From the NCBI GenBank assembly GCA_951406725.2, contig OX597827.1, positions 1,550,001-1,614,000 of the forward strand: a stretch of 64,000 nt of DNA, given 5' to 3'. This document shows positions 55,060-64,000 of this stretch, piece after piece. A program made the translations under genes and the position numbers. The DNA comes from Octopus vulgaris (taxonomy: Eukaryota). The notes under the pieces were generated by a model that saw nothing but the letters and a program-made list of their open reading frames with translations, was not told the DNA's origin and made no database searches. Each line of letters opens with the position of its first letter. The stretch's first letter is position 1.

Positions 55060-55590
55060 CTTTGCAACTGTGTAGAAGAACTTACTTATTTACACAGTAA
55101 AAATCTGTAGCTGCATAAGGGATGTAAACACAAGCATTGGTAAAGCATGAGGTGCCATCGACAAGTTATCTCTAGTGTAGAAATCTAGATTTCCAAACAA
55201 CATGAAAAGGTGCCTCTTTCAAGCAACTGTTTTCCGCTGTTCTGTTGTATGGCTCCTGGTGCTGTTGCATGGCTCCTGGTGCTGTTGTGTGGCTCCTGAT
55301 GCTGTTGTATGGCTCCTAGTGCTGTTGTATGGCTCCTGGTGCTGTTGTATGGCTCCTGATGCTGTTGTGTCGCTCCTGGTGCTGTTGTATGGTTCCTCAT
55401 GCTGTTGTATTTCTCTGTTCTATTGTATGGACCCTTGCCTCGAAACTGGAAAGAAGGTTGGTTGGAGCCTACACTCGTGTGTTAAGCGTGGCTTTGAATG
55501 ACACTTGGAGATATTATCTGACCAATGAACAATTGTAAGGGAACTTTAGTTCAGTATCAGACAACATTAAAGAATTTAGGGTCAAAGTTA
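55060..55590 (+). mobile_element. Old RTE-like LINE RT C-terminal fragment containing a 20-bp minisatellite
   Basis: IGKA*GAIDKLSLV*KS..KRCLFQATV..LLYGS..WTLASKLERRLVGAYTRVLSVALNDTWRYYLTNEQL. Confidence 0.75.
55241..55410 (+). repeat. Minisatellite, 8.5 x 20 bp (GCTGTTGTATGGCTCCTGGT)
   Basis: Directly visible tandem units. Confidence 0.95.
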
Positions 55591-55626
55591 CACACATACA
55601 TACACATATGTATACAAGGAGATAGC

Positions 55627-55675
<49 letters not shown>

Positions 55676-55684
55676 TGATAGATT

Positions 55685-55720
<36 letters not shown>

Positions 55721-56647
55721 AAGAGAGAGATGTATGGTTGTGTGAGTGTATGTGTATGTTTGTATCTCCTTATCTTGAAATCATGTGATCATTGTAAATG
55801 AATGCCATTAAATTTCAATATTCTGCAAAATCCTGTCTGACCATGCTTGGTTAACATGTAAAAGGTTGCAATCACAGAAAATCTGCCTCAACAAGTTCTG
55901 TGTAATCCATGCAATCACGGATAAATGGACATTAAAACAACGATGATGATGATGATGAAGATGGACTGATGAACTGTATGCTCCCTCAGCAAAATCAATT
56001 GGAGGGTCCACCCTCATACATACCTATATGTGTGTATGTGAATGTGCATGTCTGCATATGTGTGTGTGTGTGTGTGGTGTGCGTGCACGTGTGTTTGTGT
56101 GTGTATGTGTGTGTATTTTTATTTGTGTGTGTGTATGTGTGTTTGTGTGTGTTTGTGTGTGTGTGTGTACATACATTTGAAAATCCATTTTTTACCTATA
56201 CTAACACAACAGCAGTTGATTTCTCTTTTGGGAAGATCGATTTTACAGACACTGTGTTGTTTCTCTTTTTATTTTATTTTATTTTATTTGTGGCTCATGT
56301 TCCTACAAGCAACAATCTGAAGTATAAATGAAGACGAGATCCTACCTACATCAGCCGAGCTATGAACATTGTTTTCACTGTTCAAAGAGTACAAAAGGCT
56401 GACATTGTAAAGGTTTCATCTAGTCAACAGGTGGTCACTATGGCAACAAGTGGGGCCAAACAACAAGTAAGAGCTGCTTCATGAAATAACAGGGAATATT
56501 GCTCGGGATCTTTGATGAATATCAATGAAGTACGTGTTTTTATTTGTGGAGGTTCTGCTTTGAAAATATCAGATTTGGGATTTGCCATTTGAAGGATCTC
56601 ATTGAAATGCAAACTCTGAGTAGCAAATAGAGTGGATCATCAGATTC

Positions 56648-56742
<95 letters not shown>

Positions 56743-56799
56743 TATATGTGTATATATATCATCATCATCATCATCATCATCGTATACACACACACATAT

Positions 56800-56831
<32 letters not shown>

Positions 56832-56968
56832 GTTTGGAAAACATATATGTGATTTAGCTGATGAATACTTGACATATTTGCTGTAATATTTGCAGCTTTA
56901 AATAAAATGTTCTTAGTATGAAACAATTGTACTAAATTACTGATCCATTCTTGTTAATTTTTTCTTGG

Positions 56969-57019
<51 letters not shown>

Positions 57020-57021
<2 letters not shown>

Positions 57022-57252
57022 ATGACCTCGAACCCACAAGAGTAAGCAAGAGGGACAGAGACAGGCAGAAACAAGGGAAATGCCACTTGTATTTGAACAT
57101 TATACAAATATTCTTTTAAAAAAAACTTTCCTTTTAATTTTTCCAAAATTTAATTTAATTACAGTTGAAAAAGTCTCAATAACTGAAACCGGTACTGAAA
57201 TGTCTTTTATAAAATTATCTTAGCATTTTCTATCTCAACATTTTTTCCATAT
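57020..57252 (+). mobile_element. Second copy of the 16755 family with HHR at 57162-57197
   Basis: cag-TTGAAAA-AGT-ctcaata-ACT-GAAA-CCG-GTA-ctg. Flanks align with 17015-17250. Confidence 0.75.
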
Positions 57253-57272
57253 ATATGTGTGTATGTGTGTGT

Positions 57273-57324
<52 letters not shown>

Positions 57325-57346
57325 ATATATCTATATGTATATCTAA

Positions 57347-57378
<32 letters not shown>

Positions 57379-57994
57379 ATATATATATATACATGCACAC
57401 ACGTGCATATATGAGGACACATGAAATAGTGGTTATGGTTAGGGTGTTACACTCACAATCACAAGATAGTAGTTTCAACTCCTATTCCGGGTGGTGCATT
57501 GAGTTCTTGGGCAAAACACTTCCTTTTACATTGCACTGCGATCACTTCAGCACACCATGAACCCATTCAGACGATGTCTATTCGATAGAGGGAGGGAGAG
57601 AGAACAAAAGAACAGCACATACATTTGGTCACTATAAACAAATCAATTGTGCAGGTCATTCGGCAAAAAGTTGAACACTCATGTGTCGCTTTTGACAGGA
57701 GACTCCATCATGTGTGTGTGTGTGTGCGTGTGTGTGTGTGCGTGTGTGTGTGTGTGTGCGTGTGTGTGTGTGTCTGTTAAAGAACAAATTAAAAGCAGCT
57801 CTGGTAATGCAAACTTTATCTGTTGTGCAAACATAATGCCTGTGTTTTTGTTTGCACGCCAAATTTTCTGTAGGATAGCAGAACACAAAACACACATGGG
57901 GGATGTAAACACACCAACACCTGCTGTCAAGTGGTGGTGCAGAACAAACATGGACACAAAAGGGTTAAACACATAGATATATGCATGCATACAT

Positions 57995-58607
57995 CATTAT
58001 CAGCAGCTGCGGCAGCGGTAGCAGCATGGGTTGGACAATTTGACTGAGGACTGGCAAACCAGATGGCTGCACCAGGCTCCAATCTTGATCTGGCAGAGTT
58101 TCTACAGCTGGGTGCCCTTCCTAATGCCAACCACTCGAGAGTGTACTGGGTGCTTTTACGTGCCATCGACACAAGAGCCAGTTAGGTGGTAATGGCAACA
58201 GCCACGTTCAAATGGTGTTTTTTACGTGCCACCTGCACAGGAGCCAGTCCAACGGCAGCACTGGCAACAACCTCACTCAAATGTTTTTCACGTGCCAGTA
58301 AAGCAATGCTGGTAAAGATCACACTTGAACGGTGCCTCTTACGTGCCACTGGCATGGAAGCCAGTTCTCTGCTCTGGCAATGATAGTGCTCCACTAGCAC
58401 GGATGCCAGTCATCGAATTTGATTTCGATTTTGCTTTCACTTGCCTCAACAGGTCTTTGCAAGCAGAGTTTAGTGACCAATGAAGGAAAGGTATGCATAA
58501 GTGGGCTGGTTACACCCCTGGCATAGGCCACAGGTTATGGTCTCACTTGACTTGCCGGGTCTTCTCAAGCACTGCGAATTTCCAAAAGTCTCGGTCACTA
58601 GTCATTG
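57995..58607 (-). mobile_element. RTE LINE 3' end with tandem modules
   Basis: ORF end (MTSDRDFWKFAVLEKT) followed by the same 3'UTR modules as 26877-27390. Confidence 0.75.
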
Positions 58608-58775
58608 TTGGGCTTCTTTTGGTTTCTGCCTACCAAATTCACTCTCAAGACTTTGGTTGACCTGAGGCTATAGCAGAAGACACTTGCCCAAGGTGCTGCA
58701 TGGTGAGACAGAACCTGGAACCATGTAGTTGGCAAGCAAGTTTCTTGCCACACAGTTATGCCTGTGCCTATAGAA

Positions 58776-58806
<31 letters not shown>

Positions 58807-59863
58807 AATACAGAGAGAGAAAAAGATGGAGAGATGTTCCTGTGTCCGTCTTTGGGACTGTGTTTGTTGTCCATGCTTGGCAACTGATGCTTGGTTTATG
58901 CCCTCATGATGTAGCAGTTTGACAAAGAAGATGAAGAGAATAAGCACTACACTTAAAAAACAAGCACTAGGGTTGCTTTGTTCAACTAAACCCTTAAAAG
59001 CAGAGCCCCAGCATGGTTGCCATCCAATGACTGAAACAAGGAACCAGACAAAAGATATATATATATGAAATGATTAATTAGTGTATATACTTAGATATAT
59101 GATGTGTTTATGCATATATGTGTGTGTGTGTGTGTGTGAGTGTATGTATATATATATACAGTAATCAATCACTATATACAAAATCCAATGTCAATAGGCT
59201 ACCATTAAGATACCATGTTAGTACTAGTAGATACACACACACACACATACACAAATGCACACACATGTACACAAACACACAGAGATTTAGACACAGACAC
59301 AGACGCACACACACACACATGAACACATGAACACATGCACACATTCATACACATACACATACATGCAGACATACACATATATGATACCATGTTATTTCAG
59401 AAGGCCTTATTTAATTGGCTGTCGATGATCACATGATTAATATACTCTGTAAGTTCAATGCTTTCTTTCCTTCCATCCTTCAACACCCCCACCCACAGTC
59501 TTCCTTCCTTCTCTCCTTCCTTCTTTCCCTTCTATTGTTTGGACTCTGTTACACCATATGCCATATACTAAATTTCCTAGTCTTATTTTCTGGCATTGGT
59601 TTCATAACACAGGAATATTGTTGTTGGTGTTGTTCTTATTGTTGTTGCATTGGTTGGATGGTTATTTAGTCGCACAGCACTTCATGTATTGATATAATGT
59701 AGATACGGAGTATATGCATATGCAATATAAATATAAATATGCACGTGTGTGTGAGTGTGTGTACATGTGTATGCACACACACACACACATATACATGTAT
59801 ACATGTATCATGTATACATATAGACAGAACCTGAATACAACATAAAACTATTGTTGTCATATG

Positions 59864-59934
<71 letters not shown>

Positions 59935-60100
59935 CATATATATACATATCTATATGCATATATATATATATATATGTATATATATATGTATATATATGTA
60001 TATATATATTTATATATTTATATATATTTTATATATATATTAATATATATATATAATATATATATATACCTACATATATATATATACATATCTATATACA

Positions 60101-60154
<54 letters not shown>

Positions 60155-60560
60155 CATATATATATATTTCTCAAGCTATGAATACAGCAGTCTTCTGTTG
60201 TGTTTCATTGCGAGAGAATGCTATCATGTTATTTTTGATTTCATAGAGGCAATTTTTGTGTTATATATTTTCCGGGCTCTCACCCCCTCTCTCTCCGTCT
60301 CTCTCTCTTCCTCTCTCTCTTTTCCTCTTTCTTGTCTGTCTTTACATTTGCGCGCGGAATGATTTTTCATTGCAGTTGTAGTATATATTTATTATGTTAC
60401 ACCATTGTTCTATAACAAAGTGTTCAAAATGTCTATTTTCGAGATTTTTATATCTTGCTCCATCTCTTCTGGTAACCTCATGCAGATTTTCACACACCAG
60501 CAGAGAATGAGAGGGTAGGAGGGGTGGAATAGAAGAGGGAGGGAGGAAAAGAGCCAGTGA

Positions 60561-60600
<40 letters not shown>

Positions 60601-60967
60601 AAGAGAGTCTGTGTGTGTGTGAGTGATGGGGAGTGATATGGAGAACAAGAGAGGTGTGTGGTAGATGTAAGAAGTTTCTGTGTGTTTAGTTGTGTAAATA
60701 CAGGTATGTGAATGAGCAGATCCATTTACGCATGCACGCTTATGCACAAGTGTACACTTATGCTTACTCACACACACACATGCATACACACATATACTCA
60801 CACAGTCATATACATATGCACATACACACGCACACATACACACACACACACAGAAAGATGCTTCACCTGAAAATACCCTTCAATACACATATGCATACAA
60901 AAACACACACACATATATATATGCACATATAAATGCACACACACACACACAAACACACATATATACA

Positions 60968-63077
60968 TTCTTTGATTTGTTTCAGTCATTTGACTGTGGC
61001 CATGCTAGAGCACTGCTTTTAGTCGAACAAATCAACCCCAGGACTTATTCTTTGTAAGTCTAGAACTTATTGTATTGGTTTCTTTTGCCAAACTGCTAAG
61101 TTACAGGGATGTAAACACACCAACATGAGTTGTTAAGCAATGGTAGGGGAACAAACATATACATATACATATATATATATACATACAAATACGTATACAT
61201 TCATACATATATATATATATATATAAGATGGGCTTCTTTCAGTTTTTTATCTCCGAAATCCACTCACAAGGCTTTGGTTGGCCTGAGGCTGTAGTAGTAG
61301 ACATTTGCCCAAGGTGCCACACAGTGGTGCTGAACCCAGAACCATGTGGTTGGGAAGCAAGCTTCTTACCACACAGCCATGCCTGCCCCTATGTGTGTAA
61401 ATATATATATATATGTATATATATGAGAGCAAATGAATGGTAAAATGTTAATAGCACTCAATACATGGTCTAAAACATATATTTGTATATCTGTAGCAAA
61501 TCAGTATTTTTATTGGGTGTTTAATGCATGCCTACAAATACATATATCTGTATATATACATATATGTATGTGTGTATGTGCGTGTTTGTGTGCGTGCGTG
61601 CGTGTATATATATGTATATATGAGTGTGTGTGTGTGTGTGTGTATTTGTTCATTTACTCATTTACTTGTTTCAATCATTTGACTGGGGCCATGCTGGAGC
61701 ACAATCTTGAAATTATTCAGTTGAATGAATCGACCCCAGTACTAATTATTTTGCTAAGCATGGTATTTATTTTAACAGTCGCTTTTGCTGAATTGCTAAG
61801 TTATGGGGACATAAACACACCGACACCAGTCGTCAGGCAATGATTGGGACAAACACAGACACAAAAACACACATATGTATGATGGGCTTCTTTCAGTTTC
61901 TGCCTACCAAATCCACTTACAAGGCTTTGGCTGGTCCATGGCTACAATAGAAGACATTTGCCTTGATGCCACAGAGCAGGACTGAACCCAGAACTATGGG
62001 ATTGAAAAGCAACCTTCTTACCAAACAGCCATAGATGTATGATGAGAGTGTGCACGCGTTTGCTCATGTGTGTCTGTGTCTAAGGATAACTTTCTTCTAC
62101 CAGTCTTGGAAACTTTGGAAAAAATCTTAGGTGCTGTCATGGCTCTTCAGACAAGGAGAGTAAAAAAAAAATATTGTTAATTCTGAAATTAATATGATGG
62201 ATAGATTCTGAAAACAATTTTCAGACCAAAACAGACACTTTACCAATATTGTGGATCTTAAAAAGTAATCTTAGATTTTCTCAAGAGGAATGTCTTTTGA
62301 AAGATAATCTCTTAAGATTGGATATTGGAGTAAGTATATTCCAATTATATATACCAATTCCACAAATTGCTGCATCTGTTTCAAGGATCTTGTCTTAGCA
62401 CCTGATCCTCACCAATTTGTGAACAGAAATTATATAGAAGTATTTCGTTTTGTGTAGCTTAATTAGCTTTAAATAGTTAATGAGTTGTATGCATATAATT
62501 AATATTATAAGTACTTTTTAGTTAAAAACTGATTTGGGTTTTGCATTCTGGTTTCAATTATTTACTCACAGACTCTGGAATGTACTGCAAAAAGAGTTTG
62601 GCAAATATTCTTTCACTAACAAACTACAAACTATGTTCTATATTCTTTAGTATTTTCTGTCTTTTATCTTCTATCTTTTACTTATTTCAGTCATGAGAAT
62701 GTGGCCATACTGGAGCACCTCTTTGAAGAATTCTTAACAGAGTGAATTAACTCCAGTACTTCTTTTTTAAGCTTTGTATTTATTCTATCGGTCTCTTTTG
62801 CTGAACTGCTAAATTACAGGGATGTAAACACACCAACACCGATTATTGAGTGGTGGTGGGGGACAAACACAGACAGAAAGACACTCACGCACACACGTGC
62901 ACGCACACATACACACGCGCAACAGGCTTCTTTCAGTTTCTATTTACCAAATCCACTCATAAGGCTTTGGTCAGCCTGAGGCTATAGTAGAAGACACATG
63001 CCCTGGGCCCTAGGCATTAGGACTAAATCTGAAACCATATGGTTGGGAAGCAAGCTTCTTACCATACAGTCATGCCT
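60968..63077 (-). mobile_element. Three family A SINEs (about 60968-61388, 61650-62032, 62660-63077)
   Basis: Reverse complement of the family A consensus. A further 3' end lies at 63890-63990. Confidence 0.8.
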
Positions 63078-64000
63078 TTTCTTCCCTTTTTTTTTTTTTT
63101 TACCTATCAGGACTTAGAATGAGCCAATAATGAAGCAGATATTTCTGTTAGAAATAGCAGTCAAATTTCCTTCAAATCACATTGTACTATCTTCACTAAA
63201 GAATTATATAGAGGGATGATATAGATGGATAGAACACATTTGATCGTAAGTCATGAGTAGATCTGACCTGGGGCTAAGCAACAACAACAAAATCAGCATC
63301 TTCAATGATTATGAAAACAACAAAAATAACAAAAACAATGATAACAAAACAACAAAAATAACAGCATAACAAAAACAAGAACATCAACAACAGTAATAAA
63401 GGTAGGAGCAATGCCAACGACAACAACAACAACAAAAATAACAGAAACAGCAATAAACACTAAAAACAACACATAAATGACAAAACAAAAGCAAAAACAC
63501 CAACAACAATAATAGTAATAATCAACAGTAACAACAATTACAAAAACAACAGCAGCAGCAGCAGAAGTGATGGAATTGTCATGGTGTCAGATGAGATCCC
63601 TTGCAGTATCTGTTTTGGATCTTTGTGTTTCCGTGATCCCAACACCTGCATCAACACCAATGCTAAGCTATCCCCGTCCTTGGTTTTCCTTTAAACCAAC
63701 AGCCCCCCCACCAACCTTTTACTTTGCACCACTGAATGGTTTCATGCAAGGCAATTTGTCTGCAGACCAGGGGATCACAGGCAGAGCCAAATTCAATAAA
63801 ATGCTTAATAGGTAATTCCGTTATTAGGTTTGGGGATGCAAAAAGGAAAACAGAACCCAAAGCACGTATATGTCATTTTTATTTTATTCTTTACCTTTTA
63901 CTTGTTTCAATCATTAGGCAGTGGCCATACTGGGGCACCGCCTTGAAGAATTTTTGTCAAATGAATCAACTTCAGGACTTATTTTTGTAATGAATCAATA

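Overview
Eukaryotic, microsatellite-saturated genomic DNA, very probably from an octopus (coleoid cephalopod), judged from the protocadherin type, the SINE families and the (TA)n/(CA)n density. The only convincing host gene is a minus-strand protocadherin. One large exon (acceptor at 23179/23180, ATG 23044, phase-0 donor at 20648/20647) encodes the signal peptide, six cadherin repeats, the TM segment and part of the tail. Nearly all other ORFs in the track are microsatellite artefacts. The rest consists of tRNA-headed SINEs, RTE-LINE remnants, DNA-transposon fossils (mariner, pogo/Tigger, hAT, Helitron) and simple repeats. The main hidden signal is at least 14 complete or near-complete hammerhead-ribozyme (HHR) motifs, plus several half motifs. 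They belong to several sequence-unrelated families of short Penelope-like-element (PLE) derivatives that sit in (TA)n tracts and often form long fold-back palindromes (9554, 16065, 16755, 46050, 53274, 54463). Almost all have a tiny palindromic stem III, which suggests dimeric cleavage. One lies downstream of a decayed GIY-YIG endonuclease ORF (10473-10780). One family carries a compensatory U3-A8 core. In one element the arm begins at the predicted cleavage site, and one HHR module is fused to a tRNA-like Pol III head. All structures were read by eye; no folding or database searches were run.
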